Positions 25,920-36,565 of a DNA stretch of 43,059 bases are shown here, piece after piece. The stretch covers positions 1-43,059 of the forward strand of contig CAZSER010000002.1 in assembly GCA_964605975.1 (NCBI GenBank), read 5' to 3'. The DNA is from an uncultured Gammaproteobacteria bacterium. Its GTDB lineage: Bacteria > Patescibacteriota > Patescibacteriia > UBA11705 > JABHMO01. Both the position numbers and the translations under genes were made by a program. The notes under the pieces are model-generated. The model was not told the DNA's origin. It saw nothing but the letters and a program-made list of their open reading frames with translations, and did no database searches. The first letter of the stretch is position 1; each line of letters starts with the position of its first letter.

Positions 25920-26597
25920 TTACTTTTTATCAGTCTTAGAAATGACCTTTTCATTTTTTTTCTTAAAAATATCACCTCTATAAATCCAAACCTTAATGCC
26001 AATGACACCATATAAAGTAAAAGCTTCCACAAAAGAATAATCAATATCTGCCCTAATAGTGTGCAAAGGAACTTTACCTAAAAGAAGTTTTTCGGTTCGA
26101 GCAATTTCGGCACCATTTAAACGACCGCTCACTTCAACCTTAACACCCTTGGCTCCAGCTCTTTCAACCTTCTGCATTGCTTGTTTCATTGATCGACGAA
26201 AAGGGATTCTTTTCTCTATATCAAATTTGATTAATCCGGAAACAATCCCCGCGTCCAAATTTGGATTTGCAACCTCTTTGATGTTAATAGAAACCTTAGC
26301 AGTTTTATCTTTAATTATTTTCTTTAACAAATCTTTTTTGAGTTCTTCAATTCCTGCTCCATTTTTACCGATAATAACACCGGGACGAGCAGTATGGATA
26401 ATTACCGTTAATTCCTTGGCTGTTCGTTCAATATTAACAGCAGAAACAAAAGAGTTTAATAACTTCTTTTTCAAAAAATCTTTAATCTCGATATCTTGTC
26501 TAAGAGTTTTGGCATAGTCCTTGTCTTTAAACCAACAAGAATCCCAAGTACGAGTTTGTTTTAGCCGAAAAATTTTTGGATTAATTTTCTTTCCCAT
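25920..26597 (-). CDS. rpsC: 30S ribosomal protein S3
   Basis: 225 aa; MGKKINPKIFRL, KH domain GVIIGKNGAGIEELKK, GRLNGAEIAR. Confidence 0.95.
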   Translation of the reverse strand: MGKKINPKIFRLKQTRTWDSCWFKDKDYAKTLRQDIEIKDFLKKKLLNSFVSAVNIERTAKELTVIIHTARPGVIIGKNGAGIEELKKDLLKKIIKDKTAKVSINIKEVANPNLDAGIVSGLIKFDIEKRIPFRRSMKQAMQKVERAGAKGVKVEVSGRLNGAEIARTEKLLLGKVPLHTIRADIDYSFVEAFTLYGVIGIKVWIYRGDIFKKKNEKVISKTDKK

Positions 26598-26609
26598 AAT
26601 TTTTATTTA

Positions 26610-27146
26610 TTACATTCCCGCCTTTCTTCTAAAAACTTTTTTGGAATTAGCTTTGGTTAATCCAGCTCGACCGCCGACTTTTTTGCCAGTCAAATGAGAA
26701 TTAACTTTTTTCTTTACTTCTTTTACCTTTGTCATTTTTTTGTCTTCACCCTTTTCTGTCTTAACTGCCTTTAATTTCTTTGAGTCTTTACTGATAGTAT
26801 TATTTTGTCCTTCGCCCTTTTCTTGTAAAACAACCGAAACCATCGAAGTTCTCTTACGAATCGGAGTGGCTCGTCCCTGTGCTTTTGGCATCCAACGATA
26901 AAGAATAGCGCCACCATCAACTCGAATTTCCTTAATGATAAGATTATTGGCATCTAAATTAAAATTATGCTCAGCGTTAGAAACTGCCGATTTTAAAAGT
27001 TTCAAAATCGGAGTAGTTGCTTTTTTATTAAGCAAACTCAAACGAGCATAAGCATCCGAAACCCGAAGTCCTCGGATAACATCTACCACCAATCGCGTTT
27101 TTCTTGGGGAAATGCGAATTCGATTTACTTTGGCTTTTACTTCCAT
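26610..27146 (-). CDS. rplV: 50S ribosomal protein L22 (extended basic C-terminus)
   Basis: 178 aa; RISPRKTRLVVDVIRG...GRATPIRKRTSMVSVVL, plus a Lys-rich tail of about 60 aa. Confidence 0.92.
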   Translation of the reverse strand: MEVKAKVNRIRISPRKTRLVVDVIRGLRVSDAYARLSLLNKKATTPILKLLKSAVSNAEHNFNLDANNLIIKEIRVDGGAILYRWMPKAQGRATPIRKRTSMVSVVLQEKGEGQNNTISKDSKKLKAVKTEKGEDKKMTKVKEVKKKVNSHLTGKKVGGRAGLTKANSKKVFRRKAGM

Positions 27147-27180
27147 AAAACAATATTGAAAATTTTCTTAAATAAATTAC

Positions 27181-27465
27181 TTACTTTTTCTTCGCTTGAT
27201 CTTTGGCCATCTTACCTCCATGAGAAACAAATTTCCTGGTAGGAGAAAACTCTCCCAATTTATGACCAACCATATTTTCAACAACAGAAACTTCAATAAA
27301 ATCTTTTCCATTGTGAACACCGAATTTAAATCCAACCATTTCTGGAGTAATAACGGCCTGACGAGACCAAGTTTTGATTACAGTTTTATCATTGGCTGAT
27401 AGTTTAGCAACCTTTGACAATAATTTCTCATCAATATGTGGTCCTTTTTTTAGACTTCTAGACAT
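27181..27465 (-). CDS. rpsS: 30S ribosomal protein S19
   Basis: 94 aa; [12 protein letters not shown]...[13 protein letters not shown]. Confidence 0.95.
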   Translation of the reverse strand: MSRSLKKGPHIDEKLLSKVAKLSANDKTVIKTWSRQAVITPEMVGFKFGVHNGKDFIEVSVVENMVGHKLGEFSPTRKFVSHGGKMAKDQAKKK

Positions 27466-27476
27466 ACTCTTTTATA

Positions 27477-28316
27477 TTATTTTCGCTTCTTGCGTCGACT
27501 AATAATTAACTTATCTGAGGCTTTATTCGGTTTTCTAGTATAAACACCCAAAGCATGTTTTCCCCAAGGAGTCTTTGGATATTTATGTCCAATTGGATTA
27601 GCACCTTCACCTCCACCATGAGGATGATCTACTGGATTCATTACCTTTCCGCGAACAGTAGGCTTAACTCCCATGTGTCTCTTTCTTCCAGCCTTACCAA
27701 TTTTAATATGCATATGCTCCTGATTTCCGACTTGACCAATGGTTGCCATTGAGTCTTTTGGGACCATCCTTACTTCCGTTGACGGTAATCTCAAAGTAGC
27801 ATAAGCACCTTCAATCGCCATTAATTTACACCAAGATCCGGCAGAACGACAAATTTCAGCACCCTTTCCCGGAACAAGTTCCACATTATGGATAGTTGAA
27901 CCAGTAGGAATATTTTCTAGTCTTGTCGAATTACCAATTTTGATTTCAACCGGACCACGAGAAGAAATTAACATTTCATTAATCTTCAATTCGGCCGGAG
28001 CAATAATATATCTTTTCTCTCCATCACGATACTGCAACAAAGCAATCGCAGAAGTTCGGTTTGGATCGTATTCAATAGAAACAACTTTAGCCGGAACATC
28101 AAATTTATCTCTTTTAAAATCAACCAAACGATAAAATCTTTTTGCCCCTCCGCCCTTGTGACGAACAGTTATTTTACCTTGGGCATTACGACCACTATGT
28201 TTTTTTCTGATAACAAGCAGACTCTTTTCTGGAGCTTTTTTTGTATAGCCTGAAGAATCAATGATACTCATCTGTCTTCTAGCGTTGCTAATTGGTTTAT
28301 AAACCTTAATTGCCAT
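27477..28316 (-). CDS. rplB: 50S ribosomal protein L2
   Basis: 279 aa; MAIKVYKP...[12 protein letters not shown]. Confidence 0.96.
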   Translation of the reverse strand: MAIKVYKPISNARRQMSIIDSSGYTKKAPEKSLLVIRKKHSGRNAQGKITVRHKGGGAKRFYRLVDFKRDKFDVPAKVVSIEYDPNRTSAIALLQYRDGEKRYIIAPAELKINEMLISSRGPVEIKIGNSTRLENIPTGSTIHNVELVPGKGAEICRSAGSWCKLMAIEGAYATLRLPSTEVRMVPKDSMATIGQVGNQEHMHIKIGKAGRKRHMGVKPTVRGKVMNPVDHPHGGGEGANPIGHKYPKTPWGKHALGVYTRKPNKASDKLIISRRKKRK

Positions 28317-28339
28317 ATGCTGATTTGCTAATTAATTTA

Positions 28340-28780
28340 TTATACACCCTCGTATAATTCAATCTTATCTTCTTTCTTTAATGTGATAATTGCTTTTTTA
28401 AAATCCTTTCTTTTTCCAAACTTTCTACCAAAACGAACCCTTTTACCAATAACTTTAATGAAATTTGCTTTTACCGGCTTAACTCCATAAACAGAACTAA
28501 CTCTTTTCATGACCTCACTTTTATTGGCAGTCACAGGAACAATAAAACAGTATTTATTACTCATCGCCAACTCAGTAGCTTTCTCAGTAATCAGTGGTTG
28601 TAATAAAAATTTATACGCGGAAGAATCACCTTGATTTTTTGGATTTTTTAAAACGCGTTCAGAAACGACCACCTTTTCATCTTCATCAACAACTTTTGAT
28701 TTTGTCGTAGCAGTTGTTTTCTTTGCCGATTTTTTGACAGCCTTTTCTTCTTCTTTGAAAATATTTCCTAAAATTCCCAT
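28340..28780 (-). CDS. rplW: 50S ribosomal protein L23 (N-terminally extended)
   Basis: 146 aa. The core is LLQPLITEKATELAMSNKYCFIVPVTANKSEVMKRV. A charged leader of about 55 aa precedes it. Confidence 0.88.
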   Translation of the reverse strand: MGILGNIFKEEEKAVKKSAKKTTATTKSKVVDEDEKVVVSERVLKNPKNQGDSSAYKFLLQPLITEKATELAMSNKYCFIVPVTANKSEVMKRVSSVYGVKPVKANFIKVIGKRVRFGRKFGKRKDFKKAIITLKKEDKIELYEGV

Positions 28781-28784
28781 ATGT

Positions 28785-29420
28785 TTAAGCTTTCTTTAAA
28801 TATACTTCTTCCGCTTTTTTAAGCGCAGATTCAGTAAACAGTAAATTTGTGTAGTTTAAGATATCATAAACATTTAAACTATTAGCTGAAATAACCTCAA
28901 CATTCTTCAAATTTCTAGCAGAATTAACAATCGACTTATTCATCCTTTCGATAATCAATAAGGTCTTTTTCCCTAATGCTAACTTCTTCATAAAGGCATC
29001 CATCTCTTTGGTCTTGCCAGTTGGGAGCTCCAACTTCTCAAGAATCGCAATTTTTTCTTGTTTTGCCTTATCAGACAAAACCATAAACAAAGCTTTTCTC
29101 TTCATTTTTTTGTTAATTTTCTTTTCAAAATTAACATCTTTTGTCGGACCAAAAATTACAGCACCACCCTTCCATTGTGGAGATCTGATAGAACCTTGTC
29201 TAGCTCGACCAGTTCCCTTTTGTTTCCAAGGTTTTCTACCTCCACCACGAACCTCATGTCTAGTTTTGGTATGAGCCAAAACTAATCTTTTATTCGCCAA
29301 TTGAGTAACCACTGCTTGGTGAATAAGTTCTTTGTTGGCTTTGACCTCAAAAATTTCAGGAATCAAGCTAACTTCCCCAACAACTTCTCCTATTTTATTG
29401 TATAACTTTGCTTTTGCCAT
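28785..29420 (-). CDS. rplD: 50S ribosomal protein L4
   Basis: 211 aa; TKTRHEVRGGGRKPWKQKGTGRARQGSIRSPQWKGGAVIFGP. Confidence 0.95.
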   Translation of the reverse strand: MAKAKLYNKIGEVVGEVSLIPEIFEVKANKELIHQAVVTQLANKRLVLAHTKTRHEVRGGGRKPWKQKGTGRARQGSIRSPQWKGGAVIFGPTKDVNFEKKINKKMKRKALFMVLSDKAKQEKIAILEKLELPTGKTKEMDAFMKKLALGKKTLLIIERMNKSIVNSARNLKNVEVISANSLNVYDILNYTNLLFTESALKKAEEVYLKKA

Positions 29421-29447
29421 ATGTTATTCAAAATTTCTTTATCCAAA

Positions 29448-30209
29448 TTATTCCTTAACATTAACATCTTCTTGTCCAGAACTATTCTCTACATTGCTAG
29501 AATCGCTATTTTCTAATACTGCAGAATCTGTTGTTTTAACAGCTTCTTGGACATCTTCTTTGATTGAAAAATCTCCTTTGGCTTTTATATAAACAATTCC
29601 TCCGCGATAACCAGGAACAGCTCCCTTAATATAGATAATATTATCTTCTGGTAAAACTTGCATTACCTCTAATTTTTTGACAGTCACTGTTTCCATTCCC
29701 ATATGTCCACCCATTTTTGTACCTTTAAACACATGTGCCACACCTTTTGCACCAATAGAACCAGACATTCTCAACTGATCTTTGTGTCCATGAGATTTTG
29801 GTGAACCACCAAATCCATGTCTTTTGACAACACCTTGAAAACCTTTTCCTTTGGAAATACTTTGTGCATCAACAACCTCACCAACAACAAAAATTGACGC
29901 GTCAATTTTGTTACCAACGGTCAACTTGTCATACATAGAATCAGTAGAATCAAAACGAAACTCTTTGAGATATTTATACCCCAAATCTTTATTAAAAACT
30001 TTCTTGAAAAATCCCTGTAAGGGTCTAGAAAGACGACTAAACTTCTGTTCTTCAAAAGCCATTTGAACTGTCTTAACAGTGGAGTTTTTATGCTCCTTTT
30101 TGGCAGTAATAAAACAAGGGCCAGCCTGAATCTTGGTGACCGGAATCACTGATCCATCAGCACCAAAAAGTTGTGTCATTCCTAAATTTTTTCCGATGAT
30201 GAATTTCAT
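29448..30209 (-). CDS. rplC: 50S ribosomal protein L3 (acidic C-terminal extension)
   Basis: 253 aa; GKGFQGVVKRHGFGG...HMGMETVTVKKLEV; acidic/Ser-rich tail of about 45 aa. Confidence 0.95.
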   Translation of the reverse strand: MKFIIGKNLGMTQLFGADGSVIPVTKIQAGPCFITAKKEHKNSTVKTVQMAFEEQKFSRLSRPLQGFFKKVFNKDLGYKYLKEFRFDSTDSMYDKLTVGNKIDASIFVVGEVVDAQSISKGKGFQGVVKRHGFGGSPKSHGHKDQLRMSGSIGAKGVAHVFKGTKMGGHMGMETVTVKKLEVMQVLPEDNIIYIKGAVPGYRGGIVYIKAKGDFSIKEDVQEAVKTTDSAVLENSDSSNVENSSGQEDVNVKE

Positions 30210-30415
30210 ACATTCTTTTGCTTTATATCAAAAGACCGGACTTAACGGCCCGGCCTTTTGACGTATCGGGATATTTTAAGTCTACTAAATTAAGAAGAAT
30301 TATTTTCAATAACAACTATATTCCTATAAGTTTATTCCGCCTTTTGACACTTCGTTAAAAACGGTTATCAAAACACGACAAGAAACTATTTTCCCTTTAA
30401 AAAGGGACTATCGGT
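30210..30415 (-). promoter_or_regulatory. Candidate structured 5' leader upstream of rplC
   Basis: A spacer of about 260 nt where rpsJ and rplC normally abut. On the minus strand there is an 11-bp hairpin CAAAAGGCCGG/CCGGUCUUUUG (plus 30229-30260) just before the rplC ATG, a second UCCCUUU/AAGGGA hairpin (30392-30407), and a duplicated GUCAAAAGGC decamer. Confidence 0.3.
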
Positions 30416-30444
30416 ATTCTAATTCTTTTTTATTATTTTGTCAA
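30416..30444 (-). promoter_or_regulatory. Internal sigma70-type promoter between rpsJ and rplC
   Basis: Minus strand TTGACA (30444-30439), 17-nt spacer, TAGAAT (30421-30416). Confidence 0.45.
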
Positions 30445-30468
30445 GTTCTGTTGAGAAAGATAAACCAA

Positions 30469-30798
30469 CTACATCTTTATTTCAATATCAACACCAGCAG
30501 GAAGATTAAGATTCATCAAAGAATCTATCGTCTTTGAGCTTGGATTTAAAATATCAATAAGTCTTTTGTGGATGCGCATCTCGTATTGAGCTCGTGCATC
30601 TTTATGAACAAAAGTCGAACTATTTACCGTATACTTTTTCTTTTCGACCGGCAAAGGAATGGGACCTTTAATAGTTGCTCCCGTTCTTTCACAAGCCTCA
30701 CTAATAGTTTTGGTAGTTTGATCGATTATTTTATGATCAAAAGCCTTAATTTTAATTCTGACGCGTTGAATTTCCTCAACTTTTTTATCTTCTGACAT
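30469..30798 (-). CDS. rpsJ: 30S ribosomal protein S10
   Basis: 109 aa; RIKIKAFDHKIIDQ...GPIPLP...HKRLIDIL. Confidence 0.95.
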   Translation of the reverse strand: MSEDKKVEEIQRVRIKIKAFDHKIIDQTTKTISEACERTGATIKGPIPLPVEKKKYTVNSSTFVHKDARAQYEMRIHKRLIDILNPSSKTIDSLMNLNLPAGVDIEIKM

Positions 30799-30809
30799 TT
30801 GAAAGGATT

Positions 30810-32000
30810 TTACTTGATAATTTTAGTAACGGCTCCGGCACCAATAGTTTTACCACCTTCACGAATAGCAAATCTTTGTGATTCTTCTAACGCAACAGGA
30901 GTAATCAACTTAACCTTTAAAGTGACAGTGTCACCAGGCATAACCATTTCTGAACCTTCTGGCAACTCAACTTCTCCTGTCACATCGGTAGTACGAATAT
31001 AAAACTGTGGTTTGTATCCCTTAAAGAAAGGCTTGTGTCTTCCTCCTTCTTCTTTTGATAAAATATAAATTTTGGCTTCAAACTCAACATGAGGAGTCAC
31101 AGAACCTGGCTTTACCAAAACTTGACCGCGTTCAACTTGTTCTTTGCGGATACCACGAAGCAATAATCCGGCGTTATCTCCAGCTTGGCCATCAGGCAAA
31201 GTTTTGTTAAACATTTCAATACCAGTGACAACAGTTTTTTGAGTATCTTTGATACCAACAATTTCAATTTCATCATTAACATGAATAGTTCCTCTTTCAA
31301 TTTTACCGGTAACAACAGTACCACGACCTTCGATTGAAAAAACATCTTCAATTGGCATCAAAAATGGCTTGTCAATTTCACGAACTGGTTCTGGAATATA
31401 AGTATCCAAAGCATTCATCAAATCATCAATGGCTTTACCGGCTTCATCATCGGTTGGATTTTCAAAAACCTTTAAAGCAGACCCTCTAATTACGGGGATT
31501 TCTTTACCAGGAAATTCATATTTTGAAAGCAAATCTCTAACTTCCTCTTCAACCAAGTCAACCATTTCCTTGTCATCAACTAAGTCAACCTTATTCAAGA
31601 AAACAACAATTGCTGGGACGCCCACCTGTCTAGCTAACAAAATATGTTCTCTAGTTTGAGGCATAGGACCATCAGTAGCAGCAACAACCAAAATAGCACC
31701 ATCCATCTGAGCAGCTCCAGTGATCATATTTTTAATATAATCAGCGTGTCCAGGACAATCAACGTGAGCATAGTGCCTATTAGCAGTTTCGTACTCAACA
31801 TGAGTAGTATTAATGGTAATACCACGATTTTTTTCTTCTGGCGCAGAATCGATTTGATCTACATTTTTATCTTGAGCGACACCACCTTTGGTGATTAATC
31901 TCTTCAAAATAGACGCAGTCAAAGTTGTCTTTCCATGATCAACGTGACCAATAGTTCCCACATTTACATGTGGTTTTGTTCTTGTAAATACTCCTGACAT
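30810..32000 (-). CDS. tuf: Elongation factor Tu
   Basis: 396 aa; [27 protein letters not shown] motifs. AAGGAG SD 8 nt upstream. Confidence 0.98.
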   Translation of the reverse strand: MSGVFTRTKPHVNVGTIGHVDHGKTTLTASILKRLITKGGVAQDKNVDQIDSAPEEKNRGITINTTHVEYETANRHYAHVDCPGHADYIKNMITGAAQMDGAILVVAATDGPMPQTREHILLARQVGVPAIVVFLNKVDLVDDKEMVDLVEEEVRDLLSKYEFPGKEIPVIRGSALKVFENPTDDEAGKAIDDLMNALDTYIPEPVREIDKPFLMPIEDVFSIEGRGTVVTGKIERGTIHVNDEIEIVGIKDTQKTVVTGIEMFNKTLPDGQAGDNAGLLLRGIRKEQVERGQVLVKPGSVTPHVEFEAKIYILSKEEGGRHKPFFKGYKPQFYIRTTDVTGEVELPEGSEMVMPGDTVTLKVKLITPVALEESQRFAIREGGKTIGAGAVTKIIK

Positions 32001-32091
32001 TTTATTTAATCTCCTTGAGGCGGCCTCCGAATTAACAAAACGGAGTTTTTGCCAGCCACCATACTTAATTCTTAGTTAAATTTATAGCAAT

Positions 32092-32119
32092 ATTATAACA
32101 AAATTTATCAGAAATGCAA
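32092..32119 (-). promoter_or_regulatory. Sigma70-type promoter (extended -10) upstream of tuf
   Basis: Minus strand TTGCAT (32119-32114), 16-nt spacer ending in TGT, TATAAT (32097-32092). Confidence 0.45.
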
Positions 32120-32124
32120 GAGGG

Positions 32125-32430
32125 CTATTCAACCGGTTCAATATAGAAACTTTCCTCTGTGATTTCTTGGCTAATTTTAGATTGATCATTCAAAATTTCT
32201 TCTGTGATTTGCCTTTCTTTTTCCACTTGTTGCCAAAGCGCAATATCACGATTTATTTTTTCAATCATTTCCTCCGGAGATATTTTAATTTTTTCATTAA
32301 GGTTATTACTTTTTTCTTCCTTCAAATTTTCAATCGAAGTAATAAAATACCCCCTTCCTTCATGAAAAAAAACCACCCTTTCTCCAGTTTCTTTGATAAA
32401 ATTAATTATTTTGAAAAAATCTTCTCGCAT
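32125..32430 (-). CDS. Hypothetical 101-aa protein inserted between fusA and tuf (weak Phd/YefM-antitoxin-like N-terminus)
   Basis: The ORF starts 9 nt after the fusA stop. FFKIINFIKETGERVVFFHEGRGYFITSIENL loosely resembles the Phd/YefM fold pattern. The C-terminal half is acidic and helical. Confidence 0.45.
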   Translation of the reverse strand: MREDFFKIINFIKETGERVVFFHEGRGYFITSIENLKEEKSNNLNEKIKISPEEMIEKINRDIALWQQVEKERQITEEILNDQSKISQEITEESFYIEPVE

Positions 32431-32439
32431 AATAAAATT

Positions 32440-34518
32440 TTATTTTTTCTTGGCGCTAACAATTTTTTCAACCATGTGATTCGGCATTTCCGCATAACGA
32501 TCAAATTCCATATTATAACTTCCTCGCCCTTGAGTCATTGACCTCAATTGAGTAGCATATCCAAACATTTCAGAAAGTGGAACTAATGCTTCAATAATTT
32601 TTGCACCAGAACGATCCTTCATCTCTGAAATTTGCGCTCGCTTAGCATTTAAATCGCCAACGACATCGCCCAAATATTTCTCTGGTATAACAACTTCAAC
32701 TTTCATAACTGGCTCAAGTAAGACAGGACTAGCCAACCTAACGGCCTCTTGAACAGCCAATGACCCGGCAATTTTAAACGCAGCTTCACTGGAATCAACT
32801 TCATGAAAAGAGCCATCAAAAAGAGTAACACTAACATCTATCAATGGATAGCCAGCTAAAACACCACGATCCAAAGCCTCTCTAATTCCTTTTTCAATCG
32901 GTTTGATATATTCTTTTGGAATAACACCTCCTTTAATATTATCAATAAACTCAAACCCTTGTCCTTTTTCCCTTGGAGATATTTTTATCCAACAATGTCC
33001 ATATTGTCCACGACCTCCAGATTGACGAACATATTTACCTTCAGCTTCAGCTTCTTTACGAATTGTTTCTTTGTAAGCAACTTGCGGTTGTCCGGTGTTA
33101 GCTTCAACATTAAATTCTCTGCGCATTCTATCCACAAGAATATCCAAATGAAGTTCTCCCATTCCACCGATAACCGTTTGCAAAGTTTCATCATCAGTCT
33201 TAATTTTAAAAGTAGGATCTTCTTCGGCTAACTTTTGCAAAGCTACGCCCATCTTTTCTTGATCCGCCTTTGTTTTTGGTTCAATTGCCATGTGAATAAC
33301 AGGCTCTGGAAAAGTAATACTTTCCAAAACAACTTCCCGTTTTTCATCACAAAGAGTATGTCCGGTAAATGTTTCTTTTAAACCAATAACCGCTACAATT
33401 TCCCCCGCATAAGCTTCATCAATTTCTTCTCGATGATTAGCATGCATTCTAACTAAACGGCCAATTCGTTCTCTACTACCAGTTGTGGTATTAACAACAT
33501 AAGATCCAGACTTCAAAACACCAGAATAAACACGAACGAAACATAACTTTCCAATAAACGGATCAGTCGCAACCTTGAAAGCCAATCCAACAAAAGGTTC
33601 ATTATCCGTATGATTAACCAATACTTTTTCTTCTAAATTATTCGCATTTGAGGCTTCAACTGCCGGAATATCTACCGGACTTGGCAAATAATCAATAACA
33701 GCATCAAGTAATTTTTGTACCCCTTTATTTTTCAAAGAAGATCCACACAAAACAGGAACTATTTCATTAGCGATAACCGCTTTGCGTAAAACCGGCTTAA
33801 TCTCTTCTACCGTAATTTCTTCCCCCGCTAAATATTTATCCATTAATTTTTCATCATGTTCCACTACGGCTTCAACCAACTTAGCACGATATTGTTCAAC
33901 TTTTTCTTTCATGTCTTCTGGAACCGTAGTCTCGTTGATTTTGATGCCTAAATCATCCTCATAAAAATAGGCGACTCGAGTCAGTAAATCAATTAACCCT
34001 TTAAAAGTTTCAGCGGAACCAATTGGCAATTGAATAGGATAAGCCTTTTTGGTTAAACGCTCATAAATAGAGTCTAAATCAGCATAAAAATCAGCACCCA
34101 TTCTATCCATTTTGTTGATAAAAGCTAATCTAGGAACACCATAATCATCGGCATAACGCCAATTCGTTTCCGATTGCGGTTCTACACCGGCAACACCGTC
34201 AAAAACACAAACACCACCATCCAAAACGCGCAAACTTCTCTTAACTTCCACCGTAAAATCAATATGCCCCGGAGTATCAATTAAATTCAACCGATGATCA
34301 TTCCAAAAACAGGTTGTGGCGGCAGAAGTAATGGTAATTCCCCGTTCCCGCTCTTGTTCCATCCAATCCATTGTCGCTTCACCCTCATGCACTTCTCCAA
34401 TTTTGTGTTTTTTACCGGTATAAAAAAGAATTCTTTCAGAAGTTGTAGTCTTACCGGCATCAATATGAGCAATAACACCGATATTTCTAGTTTTTTCTAA
34501 TGGATACTCTCTTGGCAT
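32440..34518 (-). CDS. fusA: Elongation factor G
   Basis: 692 aa; [28 protein letters not shown]. Confidence 0.98.
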   Translation of the reverse strand: MPREYPLEKTRNIGVIAHIDAGKTTTSERILFYTGKKHKIGEVHEGEATMDWMEQERERGITITSAATTCFWNDHRLNLIDTPGHIDFTVEVKRSLRVLDGGVCVFDGVAGVEPQSETNWRYADDYGVPRLAFINKMDRMGADFYADLDSIYERLTKKAYPIQLPIGSAETFKGLIDLLTRVAYFYEDDLGIKINETTVPEDMKEKVEQYRAKLVEAVVEHDEKLMDKYLAGEEITVEEIKPVLRKAVIANEIVPVLCGSSLKNKGVQKLLDAVIDYLPSPVDIPAVEASNANNLEEKVLVNHTDNEPFVGLAFKVATDPFIGKLCFVRVYSGVLKSGSYVVNTTTGSRERIGRLVRMHANHREEIDEAYAGEIVAVIGLKETFTGHTLCDEKREVVLESITFPEPVIHMAIEPKTKADQEKMGVALQKLAEEDPTFKIKTDDETLQTVIGGMGELHLDILVDRMRREFNVEANTGQPQVAYKETIRKEAEAEGKYVRQSGGRGQYGHCWIKISPREKGQGFEFIDNIKGGVIPKEYIKPIEKGIREALDRGVLAGYPLIDVSVTLFDGSFHEVDSSEAAFKIAGSLAVQEAVRLASPVLLEPVMKVEVVIPEKYLGDVVGDLNAKRAQISEMKDRSGAKIIEALVPLSEMFGYATQLRSMTQGRGSYNMEFDRYAEMPNHMVEKIVSAKKK

Positions 34519-34544
34519 AAATATTTTTCAAATTTTATTTTTTA

Positions 34545-35042
34545 TTAAAATCTAGCAAAGTGAGCAAACGCTCTATTCGCTTCCGCCATTCTATGAACAT
34601 CCAGTTTTTTCTTAATAGCTTCGCCTTCATTGTTAAGTGCGGAAACCAATTCATCTTTTAACTTAACGGCCATTGGTCTTCCTTTTTTGGCAGAAGCGGC
34701 ATTTATCAACCAATGCAAAGCTAAAAAATATTTTCTTTCCCCTCTAACAGGATAAGGGATCTGATAGTTGCCCCCACCAATACGACGACCACGAACTTCG
34801 ATTTGCGGAGAAACATTTTTAACAGCCTGATCAAAAACAGCTAAAGCATTTGGATAAATCTCTTTGTCTAATTTGCCAGATTTAATCATTTTTTCAATTT
34901 CAGAAAAACAGTCATAAAGAACCCTTTCGGCAACGGCCCTTTTGCCATCTTGCATCAAGTAGTTAATAAATTTAGCAACAACAAGACTACCATACTTGGC
35001 GTCTGGTCTTAATTTTCTCTTTGGTGCTGGCCTTCCTCTCAT
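34545..35042 (-). CDS. rpsG: 30S ribosomal protein S7
   Basis: MRGRPAPKRK... N-terminus from the ATG at 35042. The ORF track extends to a GTG at 35069. Also EVRGRRIGGGNYQIP and HRMAEANRAFAHF. Confidence 0.93.
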   Translation of the reverse strand: MRGRPAPKRKLRPDAKYGSLVVAKFINYLMQDGKRAVAERVLYDCFSEIEKMIKSGKLDKEIYPNALAVFDQAVKNVSPQIEVRGRRIGGGNYQIPYPVRGERKYFLALHWLINAASAKKGRPMAVKLKDELVSALNNEGEAIKKKLDVHRMAEANRAFAHFARF

Positions 35043-35179
35043 AAAACTATTTTTTCGGTTTAAGTTCACGCCTCGATTTTATAAATTGAAACATTACTCC
35101 CGAAAAATTTTAAAATTTTTATAAATTATAATTAAATAATCCCCCTTAACCACAACAGCGAAGGGGAATTAAACAAAAC

Positions 35180-35599
35180 TTACTTCTTTGGTCTTTTAGC
35201 TCCGTATAAAGATCGACTTTGCTTTCTTCCATCAACTCCCTGAGTGTCATAAACACCTCTGACAATATGATAGCGAACACCCGGTAAATCTTTAACTCTT
35301 CCACCTCTCATCATAACGATAGAGTGCTCCTGCAAATTATGACCCTCTCCTGGTATATAAGCTGTAACCTCTTGTCCGTTAGACAATCTTAAACGGGCAA
35401 TTTTACGCAAAGCGGAGTTTGGTTTTTTAGGAGTGGTTGTCGTAACTTTCAAACAAACACCTCTCTTAAAAGGAGCTCCTTTTGGTAATGATTTTTTCTT
35501 TCTTCTTAAGCTATTCAAAACGGATTGAAGAGCCGGAGTTTTGGACTTGGTCTTCACTTGTTTGCGACCTTGTCGTACAAGTTGATTAATAGTTGGCAT
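35180..35599 (-). CDS. rpsL: 30S ribosomal protein S12
   Basis: 139 aa; [12 protein letters not shown]...[10 protein letters not shown]...[14 protein letters not shown]. Confidence 0.97.
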   Translation of the reverse strand: MPTINQLVRQGRKQVKTKSKTPALQSVLNSLRRKKKSLPKGAPFKRGVCLKVTTTTPKKPNSALRKIARLRLSNGQEVTAYIPGEGHNLQEHSIVMMRGGRVKDLPGVRYHIVRGVYDTQGVDGRKQSRSLYGAKRPKK

Positions 35600-35766
35600 A
35601 ATTTACCTAAAAAATTATATTTTTCTGAGACATTTACTATGTCGATAATTAGGATATCATACAAAACAAATGGAGTCAAGCATTTTTATGTTTTAACTTT
35701 TGTAATAAAAATTTTAAAACCTAAGAATTATACTCTTACGCTAATTATAAAAAATAAAACAAAAAA

Positions 35767-36438
35767 TTACCCCAAAAGATTATAAGCGAAAGAAATAAAA
35801 CCACCAAAAATCCGACCAAAAATATTAACCCCCATAACGGTATCCAAAAGCAACAACCCCAATAAAACGAAAGGACCATTCTTTTCAAACCCTTCCTTAA
35901 AAGAGGCAAATTTATGATCAGGCAAAAAAGCAAATAACAGTTTGGAACCATCAAGAGGAGGAATTGGCAATAAATTAAAAAGCATTAAAATTAGATTTAA
36001 AAAAATAACCGCTGACAAGAAAATTGCCAATAAGTTTAGACTTTCAGGCAAAAAACCACCATAAACAGCAAAAAGTGGATGCATTAGCGGAAAAATTAAT
36101 TTAAAAATTACGATAAAAAAGATCGCCAATAACAGATTAGACAATGGCCCAGCAATTGCGATTAAAGCCGGCCCAAAGCGTTGATTTCGCAAATTATAAG
36201 GATTAAAAGGAACTGGATTCCCCCATCCAAAACCAACCAAGACCAACATCAATAGACCAAAGCCACTAACATGTGATTTTGGATTTAAAGTTAACCTCCC
36301 CTCATCTTTGGCCGTGTTGTCTCCCAAAAGGGTCGCCGTTAGAGCATGAGCAAACTCATGAATGGTTATTACCAAAATAATTGCTAACAACCAAGCCAAA
36401 AAAACAACAGGATTAGAAAAAAGCTGAGAAATTGACAT
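35767..36438 (-). CDS. Site-2 protease (peptidase M50) family membrane metalloprotease
   Basis: 223-aa polytopic ORF with HEFAHAL (HExxH) in the first TM region and NLLPIPPLDG (the LDG-type third ligand motif). Confidence 0.75.
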   Translation of the reverse strand: MSISQLFSNPVVFLAWLLAIILVITIHEFAHALTATLLGDNTAKDEGRLTLNPKSHVSGFGLLMLVLVGFGWGNPVPFNPYNLRNQRFGPALIAIAGPLSNLLLAIFFIVIFKLIFPLMHPLFAVYGGFLPESLNLLAIFLSAVIFLNLILMLFNLLPIPPLDGSKLLFAFLPDHKFASFKEGFEKNGPFVLLGLLLLDTVMGVNIFGRIFGGFISFAYNLLG

Positions 36439-36565
36439 AAAATAAAATGATTATTTACTAATACGGGAAATAATATAACATATGTGTTAGTATTAAACAA
36501 TAATCTTTGTTTTCGATAATTATATTCTTATCGATGCTAGACAATAAAAATTTATCAAAATATTT

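Noticed and set aside
26059-26517. 152-aa plus-strand ORF. Many similar 60-120-aa ORFs in the track lie antisense to conserved genes, for example 98-307, 602-787, 991-1194, 3101-3283, 4321-4530, 10679-11053, 19138-19446, 21343-21588, 29008-29274, 31429-31898 and 37804-38136.
   Set aside because: Each lies entirely inside, and antisense or out of frame to, a gene with unmistakable conserved motifs (here rpsC). Their translations are low-complexity S/F/L/I-rich strings typical of shadow ORFs in AT-rich DNA.
35745-35954. 69-aa minus-strand ORF overlapping the 3' end of the M50 protease gene in another frame. The 86-aa ORF at 35525-35785 (+) belongs in the same category.
   Set aside because: One is out of frame with the M50 gene and the other is antisense to rpsL. 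They are hydrophobic, low-complexity translations with no independent signals.
36500-36540. Inverted repeat tcgataa-N8-ttatcga upstream of rpmB as a possible operator.
   Set aside because: It is a short 7-bp AT-rich palindrome in AT-rich DNA, which is easily expected by chance. There is no supporting context.
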